From NCBI GenBank assembly GCA_038870975.1, contig JAVZJD010000001.1:129926-161925 (forward strand): a stretch of 32,000 nt of DNA, given 5' to 3'. Made by a program: the position numbers and the translations under genes. The stretch's first letter is position 1; each line of letters starts with the position of its first letter. Under the pieces are notes generated by a model, which made no database searches, was not told where the DNA came from, and saw nothing but the letters and a program-made list of their open reading frames with translations. Of the stretch, positions 17,883 to 24,914 are shown piece after piece. The stretch is from Candidatus Bathyarchaeia archaeon (GTDB lineage Archaea > Thermoproteota > CALKCG01 > B24).

Positions 17883-18140
17883 GGGCATCCTCTACACGGT
17901 TCCGTATGTCCACGATGTGAGGGAGGAACCTCTGAAGTAGTAAAACTGAGGTGAGAACGGGAAGTCTTCTGCGATAAATGCTTCGAAAGACTCTCCAATA
18001 TGGAGTCTATTTTGGGCGATGCGAAGTCTAAGCTCACTATTACTGAGCCAGCTATTTTGAAAATTAGAGCAATATTCGAAAAGTATGGAATTCTAGGTAA
18101 AGGCTATGTTGAAGAATCTCTATTTCAATCGGGAGCTTAG
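17883..18140 (+). pseudogene. disrupted small zinc-ribbon ORF (CPRC...TGA...CDKC) without a usable start codon
   Basis: One frame reads GHPLHGSVCPRCEGGTSEVVKLR-[TGA 17952-17954]-EREVFCDKCFERLSNMESILGDAKSKLTITEPAILKIRAIFEKYGILGKGYVEESLFQSGA-stop. The frame opens right after a TAA at 17880 with no ATG/GTG/TTG before the first CxxC. TGA is a normal stop in this window (rpoA, rpl30e, rps12). Confidence 0.25.
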
Positions 18141-18840
18141 AAAGGTTTTAATGATTAAGGTTCAAGGGAGATTTCTAAAATGGAGCACGTGATAGTTATG
18201 AAGGGAACTCTACGTTTTAATCTAAATAGACATAAACCTTGAGCATAAATCGCTTTTCGATAGGCTGAAACGTTGCATAGAATTTTGCGAGCGTATCTTC
18301 GAAGACCCGAGCCTGACTATACTACTAAGCTTAAAACCGCGGCTGTTTCAGCCCAGCTCGCCTCAAGGGCTTCGAAGGTCATAACGGAGATACAGCTGGA
18401 GGATATAGAGCGTAGAATCAAAGAAATTGAGGAAGTGGGAGATACACTTGAAAATCCATAAAAATTCATGTAAATTAGATGGAGGAAATATAGACCGAAA
18501 CTGAACAAGGTTATGGATGCCCTCCTCCGACTCTTCTGCATGAGGTGCCTACGCATCAGAGGCGTTAGGCGGGGTTTAAAATGCTTCGGAATAAGTGTGG
18601 CGGATGCCTGGTTTTCAAGGCGCTTTCAGCTGTAAACCCTAGTCTGAAGAAGGTGAGGGTTGAGCTTAAGCAGTTGAAGTAGATGCGTAGGGCGGTGAGG
18701 AATATCTAAATTGGTTGAAGAATGCTTACGTAGAGGCTTTAACATGTAACTTTAAAAAGCCCACTATAGGCGTATACTATCCAAGCCTACCATTGTCATG
18801 CTTGCTCAAGTAGTATTAAAAACGAAAGTAAGTGGTAAAA

Positions 18841-18850
18841 CTTTTTATAA
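18841..18850 (+). promoter_or_regulatory. candidate TATA box for tuf
   Basis: CTTTTTATAA is preceded by a purine-rich BRE-like GTGGTAAAA. Its centre is about 43 nt before the tuf ATG, leaving a short leader that carries AGGTGG (18876-18881) 7 nt before the ATG. Confidence 0.4.
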
Positions 18851-18888
18851 CGGATACTTGAGTTAATCTTTAGAAAGGTGGTCATTGT

Positions 18889-20187
18889 ATGAGTCAGAAA
18901 CCCCATTTAAACTTAGTAGTCTGCGGACACGTAGATCATGGGAAGAGCACTCTAACAGGACACCTGTTATACTTAACGGGTGCTGTAGATGAGAGAACGA
19001 TAAAGGAGTATGAAGAGCAGGCTAAAGCCCTAGGTAAGGAGACGTTCAAGTATGCTTGGGTTTTAGATACGCTTAAGGAAGAAAGAGAGAGAGGACTAAC
19101 GATAGACTTAGAGTTTGTAAAATTTGAAACAGATAAGTTCTTCTTCACGATCATCGATGCCCCAGGACATAGAGACTTCATTAAGAACATGATTACTGGT
19201 GCAAGCCAAGCAGATGCCGCATTATTAGTGGTTTCAGCGAAGACCGGCGAATATGAAGTCTCAATACAACCTGGTGGGCAAGCTAGAGAACATGCCTTTC
19301 TGCTGATGACCCTAGGTGTTCGACAAATGGTTGTCGCTATCAACAAAATGGATGACGTTACTGTCAATTGGAGTCAGAAGAGGTTTGAAGAGTGTAAAAA
19401 TGGAGTAATAAGACTCTTAAAGACAATTGGTTATAACGTTGAGAAAATACCAATAGTGCCGGTTTCAGGATGGACTGGAGACAACATAGTCAAGCCTAGT
19501 GAGAAAATGCCGTGGTATAAAGGTCCAACACTTCTAGAAGCACTAGATGTATTCGAAGTCCCACCGAAACCAGTAGATAAGCCTTTGAGAATACCTATTC
19601 AAGACGTGTATACAATAACCGGTGTAGGAACTGTTCCAGTTGGAAGAGTGGAGACGGGGATTCTGAAAGAAGGCCAGACCGTAATATTCATGCCTTCCGG
19701 TGCTAAAGGAGAAGTCAGGTCTATTGAGACACACCACGTCAGAATTAAAGAGGCGTATCCAGGTGACAACATAGGCTTTAACGTTAGAGGCGTTTCTAAA
19801 ACCGATATTAGGAGAGGAGATGTCGTTGGACCAGTTGATAATCCACCTACGGTAGCTAAAGAACTCATAGCTAGGATAATAGTGGTCTATCACCCTACGG
19901 CTATAGCGGTAGGATACACACCAGTGATGCATATTCACACTGCCCACGTTCCATGTAAATTTGTCGAATTAATTAGGAAAATAAACCCGAGGACTGGTGA
20001 AACGATCGAAGAGAATCCTCCATTCCTTAGAACAGGTGAGTGCGCAATAGTAAGACTGCAACCTCTTAAACCCGTTGTAGCTGAAGAGTACACTGTTATC
20101 CCTCAACTCGGTAGATTTGCGATTAGAGACATGGGTACTACGATTGCAGCGGGCATAATTGAGAAGATAACTATAAAAGGACCATGA
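18889..20187 (+). CDS. tuf: translation elongation factor 1-alpha (aEF-1A)
   Basis: 432 aa with GTPase motifs GHVDHGKST, DAPGHRDF and NKMD, and full-length similarity to the archaeal/eukaryotic EF-1A pattern (FKYAWVLDTLKEERERGLTID). Confidence 0.97.
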   Translation: MSQKPHLNLVVCGHVDHGKSTLTGHLLYLTGAVDERTIKEYEEQAKALGKETFKYAWVLDTLKEERERGLTIDLEFVKFETDKFFFTIIDAPGHRDFIKNMITGASQADAALLVVSAKTGEYEVSIQPGGQAREHAFLLMTLGVRQMVVAINKMDDVTVNWSQKRFEECKNGVIRLLKTIGYNVEKIPIVPVSGWTGDNIVKPSEKMPWYKGPTLLEALDVFEVPPKPVDKPLRIPIQDVYTITGVGTVPVGRVETGILKEGQTVIFMPSGAKGEVRSIETHHVRIKEAYPGDNIGFNVRGVSKTDIRRGDVVGPVDNPPTVAKELIARIIVVYHPTAIAVGYTPVMHIHTAHVPCKFVELIRKINPRTGETIEENPPFLRTGECAIVRLQPLKPVVAEEYTVIPQLGRFAIRDMGTTIAAGIIEKITIKGP

Positions 20188-20222
20188 TATACTTGCATGG
20201 AAGTCGTTTAACTCTTCTCAAG

Positions 20223-20232
20223 TATTTTTCTC
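20223..20232 (+). terminator. oligo-T tract downstream of tuf (weak candidate terminator)
   Basis: GTATTTTTCTC has a T5 run at 20225-20229, about 38 nt after the tuf stop. No strong hairpin. The next gene has its own SD but no obvious TATA box, so read-through is possible. Confidence 0.25.
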
Positions 20233-20261
20233 TATTAGACGAAGGGTTTGGAGGTTAATGT

Positions 20262-20654
20262 TTGAAGTTTAAATTCCCCAAATATTTTTTAGCGATAATT
20301 TTGATAGGCGTATCACTCTACTTAAGTTGTGGGGGATTATACGTATTAATCGAAGGGCGGGAAGAGAACATTGTAACTCAACCTTGGGTTGTAGTACAAT
20401 GGGGGCAATCTCAAAGGATATCTTTGACAATACCTGGGTTAAGGAGTCAAACATTGGGTGAGGGTTATATCGTAGTTATCATATTCACATTATTCGCCTT
20501 AGGACTTTCCATGCCTTACCTATGTTTAAAATTTAAGGTTGATGTGAAGACTATGAGAAATATAATCATGGCTTCTATGATTCTTCTAATCGTATCGGCA
20601 TATTTAATTTTCAGTATATACTTCTCTAAGTATTGGGGTGTGCCGTGGCCTTAA
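20262..20654 (+). CDS. small three-TM membrane protein, possible OSTC/DC2 (Ost3/Ost6 superfamily)-like
   Basis: 130 aa. The TTG start sits 6 nt after a strong GGAGGT site (20250-20255). It has three hydrophobic helices. Motifs GG after TM1, Q-x3-EG-x6-FT-x3-LG entering TM2 and K-x2-R before TM3 resemble my recollection of human OSTC. The family call is tentative. Confidence 0.5.
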   Translation: MKFKFPKYFLAIILIGVSLYLSCGGLYVLIEGREENIVTQPWVVVQWGQSQRISLTIPGLRSQTLGEGYIVVIIFTLFALGLSMPYLCLKFKVDVKTMRNIIMASMILLIVSAYLIFSIYFSKYWGVPWP

Positions 20655-21316
20655 ACTTCTTCAACCCCCTTAGACGTGATTAAAACAGTAGTTGTAGCCA
20701 TTTTACCCGTAATTTCGTTCTTCTCAATAGTTATTCTCCTTAGATTTGGTTTACCCGTTAGCTCCATTCTAATAACTACTGGCGACCAAAATTTTAAAAC
20801 CCTGCTAGCGACAGGTTCTAAGCCTCTTTTCTCTAAACTCCTAGCCTGACTTATAGATAAGCAAGCTATGTTAAACACTTTTGCCATTTTACTTAGATAC
20901 GCCATCTGCCTATTAAGCTCCCTATTGAGACCAAATGAATCTTTAGTCTGTGAAAGTTCAATTCTGTATAGTTTCGTGATTGAGTCAAGGATTAGTAATG
21001 CTACACCTCTACTAATGTAGCGGTCAAGAGATTCTACTATATGGGTCTGCTCACTGAAAGACGTAGGACGTAGTATCGCTATCCTCTGTAGGACTTCATC
21101 TGTAAGACTTTCATCCATTTGTAAAAGCCTCATTGAACTGAGTCTTTCGTCAGAATCTATGTATATCGTCTTAAACCCTTTTAGTGCGGCTTTAACCACA
21201 GTTTGGAGGGCTAACGTGGATTTGCCCGAGCCAGCTTCACCGTAGATAAGTGTTATACTACTCCTAGGGAATCCTCCTCCAAGTGTTGTATCTAAAGTTC
21301 GACACCCAGTGGGCAA
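20651..21316 (-). CDS. radB: RecA-superfamily ATPase, RadB/RadA-paralog-like
   Basis: 221 aa. N-terminus LPTGCRTLDTTLGGGFPRSSITLIYGEAGSGKSTLALQ (Walker A), Walker B LLILDS, and size and layout match RadB-type short RadA paralogs. TTG start. Whether it is an orthologous RadB or a KaiC-like aRadC cannot be told by eye. Confidence 0.7.
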   Translation of the reverse strand: MPTGCRTLDTTLGGGFPRSSITLIYGEAGSGKSTLALQTVVKAALKGFKTIYIDSDERLSSMRLLQMDESLTDEVLQRIAILRPTSFSEQTHIVESLDRYISRGVALLILDSITKLYRIELSQTKDSFGLNRELNRQMAYLSKMAKVFNIACLSISQARSLEKRGLEPVASRVLKFWSPVVIRMELTGKPNLRRITIEKNEITGKMATTTVLITSKGVEEV

Positions 21317-21436
21317 ACTCAGGATGAATACGCCTCCAATAGCTTACAATTACTCTTAAAATTTAGGTTTTTATCTTCCATCATGGTACTGTGAAAAGAT
21401 AAATTCCCCCTTATCTAATAGTGTTAAGAGATTAAT

Positions 21437-22753
21437 ATGGAGAAAAGCAGATTAAGACGTTTTGAAATCGAAGCTGGAGAGTGTTTACTGATAGGTGGAC
21501 CAGCACAGTTGAAGATAGTTGAAGGAAAAATTGAAGCATTAGGGGTTGAACTGAGCAGAGGAGGGAGGGTTGTTGTAAGAGTTTTCAGAGCTATCCCCAT
21601 CAGAGGCCTTGAAAAAAGTCTTCTCGAAGTAGAACACGGTCTCAATGGGTTTATTGAACGTATAGATAAGCCTTACCCTCCTGAGTGGGTACAAGTAGTT
21701 GATAAGGTTTTAGAGGTCAAGGGTACCGTGCTAATTGTAGGCGCAGTAGATGTCGGAAAATCCACTCTCTGCACTCTCATCACTAATCGTATGCTATTAA
21801 AAGGCTTAAAAGTCGGCGTTATAGAGGGCGACGTCGGTCAAGCTGAGATAGGCCCGCCAACAACCGTAAGTCTTGCCATACCTAAACTACCATCACCCGA
21901 CTTATTTAGACAAGACCCCATGACTTCTGAATTCATAGGGTCTACAAGCCCCATGGGTTTTGAAGAAGAGATAATAGAGGCTATACGTAAACTTAAGAAC
22001 GAGGCTGAAAACTTAGGGGTGGACTTACTAGTAGTCAATACGGATGGTTGGATTGAAGACGAGAAAGCCGTAACGTATAAAGTCAAATTAGCAGATACAT
22101 TGAAACCTTCACTAGTAGTCGTTCTTAGCAACGAGGAGGAACTAGAAGAGCTTAAAAGAAGACTTTCCGAAAAATTTAACGTCATCATAGTTCCGCAGTT
22201 ATCTAGAGCTAGGAAAAGAAGTAGAGAAGCGCGTAAGGAGTTGAGAGAGCTTAGCTATCAGAAAAATTTGAGGGGGTCTACCGTAAGATCGATACCTATA
22301 AGCTGGATAAGGATTTTAAACCACGACCTAGGTACTGGAGTTGTTTTGAGCGATGATAGATTTAAGAAACTTAATGAGCAACTCAATGGGGGACTGGTTT
22401 ACGGGGAAGAAACACCCAATGGTCTACTCTTGGTTTTAAACGGAAGATTTGTCTCTTCTAAAGACTCCATTAAAAGGGTATTCGAAGGACAAAGCCGACC
22501 TGTAAGCATTATATGGCTTGGGTCAGAAAGAGGACTCATAGTTGGCCTATATAATAGGGAGGGGAAGTTTATCGGCATAGGTGTCATAGAGGAGATAGAT
22601 TATAAAAGAAGGATTTTAAAGATTCATACACCATGCCAACAGACGATAGGGATGATAAAGTTAGGTTGCATTAAGCTTGTAGAATCTTGGAAGGAAGTTG
22701 AGAAATACCCTAGTTGCCCCTTAAAACCCGTGAAACTGAATGATGTTCAATAA
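21437..22753 (+). CDS. Clp1/Grc3-family polynucleotide 5'-hydroxyl kinase-like protein
   Basis: 438 aa. The N-terminal beta-domain pattern (LLIGGPAQLKIVEGKIEALGVEL), P-loop GAVDVGKSTLCTLI and the following IEGDVGQAEIGPP (the Clp1 DxDxGQ..PG clasp) fit the archaeal Clp1 architecture. Confidence 0.7.
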   Translation: MEKSRLRRFEIEAGECLLIGGPAQLKIVEGKIEALGVELSRGGRVVVRVFRAIPIRGLEKSLLEVEHGLNGFIERIDKPYPPEWVQVVDKVLEVKGTVLIVGAVDVGKSTLCTLITNRMLLKGLKVGVIEGDVGQAEIGPPTTVSLAIPKLPSPDLFRQDPMTSEFIGSTSPMGFEEEIIEAIRKLKNEAENLGVDLLVVNTDGWIEDEKAVTYKVKLADTLKPSLVVVLSNEEELEELKRRLSEKFNVIIVPQLSRARKRSREARKELRELSYQKNLRGSTVRSIPISWIRILNHDLGTGVVLSDDRFKKLNEQLNGGLVYGEETPNGLLLVLNGRFVSSKDSIKRVFEGQSRPVSIIWLGSERGLIVGLYNREGKFIGIGVIEEIDYKRRILKIHTPCQQTIGMIKLGCIKLVESWKEVEKYPSCPLKPVKLNDVQ

Positions 22754-22783
22754 CCCGGCAAATGCATCATCCATAGGATATAC

Positions 22784-23341
22784 CTAGATTAATTTTGCGC
22801 TTTTTAACGTATCTACGATCACCGTGGCAATATTATTGGGCAATTCATCTCTATTCGTAAATGAAACTTGAAATATAATCGGGTTTTTACTGTTTAAAAG
22901 TTCTACTAAAGGATCGCTAATTTTATGGTGTAAAACGGCTATCACCAGTTTAGGGCTTCTAATTATATCTACGACTGCTTCTCGGAAACGTCTACTTTTC
23001 AGCTCCATGGGTCCTATCTCGTCCAAAGCTACCACAGGTATACTTTCGCTTACCAATGCTCTTCTCAATGCCGCAACTCCTATTTCTTCAAGGTCTTCTA
23101 TCTTGACCCCATACCTACCAACTTTTATACCAGTTTTAAAGTCTGCTTTGGCAAGCCATCCCCATCGACCACTCTCCAAATCTTCAACTTTAAATCCAAT
23201 TCTAACACCATCAACTCTTACCTCTCGACATATCATACCTCCAACCTGTAGACCTCTAGTTCTAAGTATCTGAATAGTCTTCAATAAGACTGTGGTTTTA
23301 CCTACTCCAGGCGGTCCTGTTATCACGATCTTTTTAGTCAT
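22784..23341 (-). CDS. nucleoside-triphosphatase THEP1/NTPCR family
   Basis: 185 aa with KIVITGPPGVGKTTVLLK (Walker A), VALDEIGPMEL (Walker B, DEIGxME) and a small size typical of THEP1 (MJ1559/aq_1292 type). Confidence 0.8.
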   Translation of the reverse strand: MTKKIVITGPPGVGKTTVLLKTIQILRTRGLQVGGMICREVRVDGVRIGFKVEDLESGRWGWLAKADFKTGIKVGRYGVKIEDLEEIGVAALRRALVSESIPVVALDEIGPMELKSRRFREAVVDIIRSPKLVIAVLHHKISDPLVELLNSKNPIIFQVSFTNRDELPNNIATVIVDTLKSAKLI

Positions 23342-23395
23342 CTAGTCTTTTAAAACCCGAGAAAAGTTCTTAAAGTTAGTTGTATCAGGCTAGAA

Positions 23396-24070
23396 ATGTT
23401 TTTAGCAAGCAACGGGGTTTATAGACTTATGAGCTATCTAGAGGAGGAAGATATTAAAAAAGAGCTTATAGAAGTAATGAAGGTAATGCACGATAAAGGC
23501 TTGATGACGGGCATAGGTGGGAACGTTTCATACAGAATCCCTGAGACTAATGAGGTTTGGATAACGCCATCTGGGCTGTACAAGCCTAAACTAAGTACTG
23601 AAGACCTCGTTAAAATAGACTTAGATGGTAATTTATTGGAGGGTATCTACAAACCATCTATGGAATGGCCTATTCACACATCAATATACAGACGGCGGGT
23701 TGATGTAAACTGCGTTCTCCACTGCCACCCACCATATGCAACTGGTTTAGTATTGGCTGGCGTAGAATTTAGACCCATAACTTTAGAGGCTGCTCTGATG
23801 ATAGCTAGAGCGCCTATCGTTCCATTCATATATCCTGGAACTAAAGAGTTGGGTGAAGCTGTAGCCGAAGCCGCCATGGGTAGCCGTATAATACTTCTTC
23901 AAAACCATGGAGCTATAACACTAGGCTATGACATCTATGAAGCAGTGACCGCTATGGAAATTTTAGAAGAATGTGCAAAAATGACTTTCGTAGCCAGATG
24001 TATGGGTGTTAAACCAGCCGAAATAACCGAACGGGATATTGAACTTCTAAGGAAGCTCTACAAGCTTTAA
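23396..24070 (+). CDS. class II aldolase/adducin-family protein (fuculose-1-phosphate aldolase / MtnB-like)
   Basis: GGNVSYR, the metal-binding HCHPPYAT and LLQNHGAITLG are class II aldolase hallmarks. The likely true start is ATG 23429 (MSYLEEEDIKK...). Confidence 0.75.
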   Translation: MFLASNGVYRLMSYLEEEDIKKELIEVMKVMHDKGLMTGIGGNVSYRIPETNEVWITPSGLYKPKLSTEDLVKIDLDGNLLEGIYKPSMEWPIHTSIYRRRVDVNCVLHCHPPYATGLVLAGVEFRPITLEAALMIARAPIVPFIYPGTKELGEAVAEAAMGSRIILLQNHGAITLGYDIYEAVTAMEILEECAKMTFVARCMGVKPAEITERDIELLRKLYKL

Positions 24071-24089
24071 AACGTTCAGACCGTAAATT

Positions 24090-24584
24090 CTAAGCCAAAT
24101 ATGTGACGTTCTCAGAGTCAAATCCTTTTATAAATTCAATGTTCTTAGGTTTCATTCTTACAGGGCGATTTAAGTCTTCATCGATTTCTTTAACCGATTG
24201 AAGAATCGACCGTATACCGTACTTGGATATCTTAGTTGCTGGATGGTCCTCGCCAAGGTTATTTTTACAAATTATGTAGGCGAGTTCACTCGTGTAGGCT
24301 TCATCATAACCTAATGAATGGAGATATTCGTGTAATAGTACTTCAAATATGTAGCTTTTAATGATGTTTTCGTCATCAGCTTCTCGTTTAAGTTTTTCGA
24401 TAAGTTTCCGGTTTAAAACAATGATGTTTGGAGAATAGTATGCCGCCACTGTAGATGGCATATCTGATAAACCCAGCATTAGACCTACCCTACGTCTACC
24501 TAGAGTTCTATACACGGCCTTCTTAACTAAGAGGAAAATGTCGTTGAATTCACGGCTTTTAACTAATTCTTCAGCTATAGACAT
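24090..24584 (-). CDS. hypothetical protein with HExxH zincin motif (minimal metallopeptidase-like)
   Basis: 164 aa. It has ...NIIVLNRKLIEKL...IFEVLLHEYLHSLGYDE. The layout (I.LN..L followed about 25 aa later by hhHExxH) recalls SprT/WLM/YgjP-type minimal zincins. No family was recognised with certainty. Confidence 0.45.
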   Translation of the reverse strand: MSIAEELVKSREFNDIFLLVKKAVYRTLGRRRVGLMLGLSDMPSTVAAYYSPNIIVLNRKLIEKLKREADDENIIKSYIFEVLLHEYLHSLGYDEAYTSELAYIICKNNLGEDHPATKISKYGIRSILQSVKEIDEDLNRPVRMKPKNIEFIKGFDSENVTYLA

Positions 24585-24638
24585 AGTCTTGACTATGGAG
24601 AGACAACTTCTCTATTAAACTTTACTCGCTTCTTAAGG

Positions 24639-24911
24639 CTAACGGTACAAGTGAGACTCTACAACTATTGTTGGATCTATACGCTTGATTAATGCAACTA
24701 TTCTTCCGAAGTTTCTTTTAAACTCCTCTTCATTCCATTTAAATCCCGTTATAACGGCTAGATTCCGTGAAGGCATCAACTGAATGAAGGCTATGAAATG
24801 TTTACCTCTTATGAAGTATTCATAAGCGTGCATTCTAACGCCATAGCCTTCTTCTCTTAGAGAATTCAGTAGTTTAAGTCTACCAGTTTGCGACTCAAAT
24901 ATTTTACTCAT
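24639..24911 (-). CDS. hypothetical 90-aa protein, translationally adjacent to HMG-CoA synthase
   Basis: The ATG at 24911 lies 3 nt after the HMGCS stop (24915-24917) on the same strand. Amino-acid composition is balanced. No motif was recognised. Confidence 0.4.
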   Translation of the reverse strand: MSKIFESQTGRLKLLNSLREEGYGVRMHAYEYFIRGKHFIAFIQLMPSRNLAVITGFKWNEEEFKRNFGRIVALIKRIDPTIVVESHLYR

Positions 24912-24914
24912 GGA

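Noticed and set aside
17692-17913. 73-aa minus-strand ORF (GTG start) with one C-terminal hydrophobic helix, convergent on rps7
   Set aside because: It has no SD or TATA upstream. The N-terminal half is R/N/G-rich and its 3' end runs into the rps7 terminator hairpin. I considered Sec61-beta/SecE-like tail-anchored proteins, but the conserved motifs do not fit. Kept only as part of the spacer finding, not as a gene.
17952-17954. In-frame TGA read as selenocysteine
   Set aside because: The TGA does not replace a cysteine of either CxxC knuckle. I saw no SECIS-like hairpin. TGA terminates several bona fide genes in this window (rpoA, rpl30e, rps12, thiolase). Pseudogene or sequencing error is more parsimonious.
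18273-18556. 62-aa plus-strand ORF (TTG start) and overlapping 79-aa minus-strand ORF in the rps7-tuf spacer
   Set aside because: The plus ORF is plausible in composition but has a weak start context, and a second frame over the same bases is equally protein-like. The minus ORF is S-rich low complexity. Neither can be supported as an intact gene.
17976-18588. Identical 10-mer AAATGCTTCG at 17976-17985 and 18579-18588, both within the second halves of the two zinc-ribbon-like fragments
   Set aside because: A single 10-nt match within about 1.2 kb is roughly what chance predicts, so it is not evidence of duplication by itself.
17653-18888. Known structured RNAs (SRP/7S RNA, RNase P RNA, tRNA, C/D-box or H/ACA sRNA) in the rps7-tuf spacer
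   Set aside because: I found no GGTTCRAATCC-type T-arm. I found no RNase P CR-I (GAGGAAAGTCC) and no SRP helix-8 GGAAGCAGCC-like motif. I found no RTGATGA...CTGA box pair at sRNA spacing, and no ACA right after the long stem. An unknown RNA remains possible (see finding).
18936-19947. Three antisense ORFs (143, 134 and 89 aa) inside tuf
   Set aside because: tuf is unambiguous. Long antisense ORFs are expected in a stop-poor, highly biased gene.
8617-20187. Inteins or insertions in RpoB, RpoA or EF-1A
   Set aside because: The lengths (1109, 1276 = about 880 + 390, and 432 aa) match intein-free homologs. Conserved blocks are contiguous.
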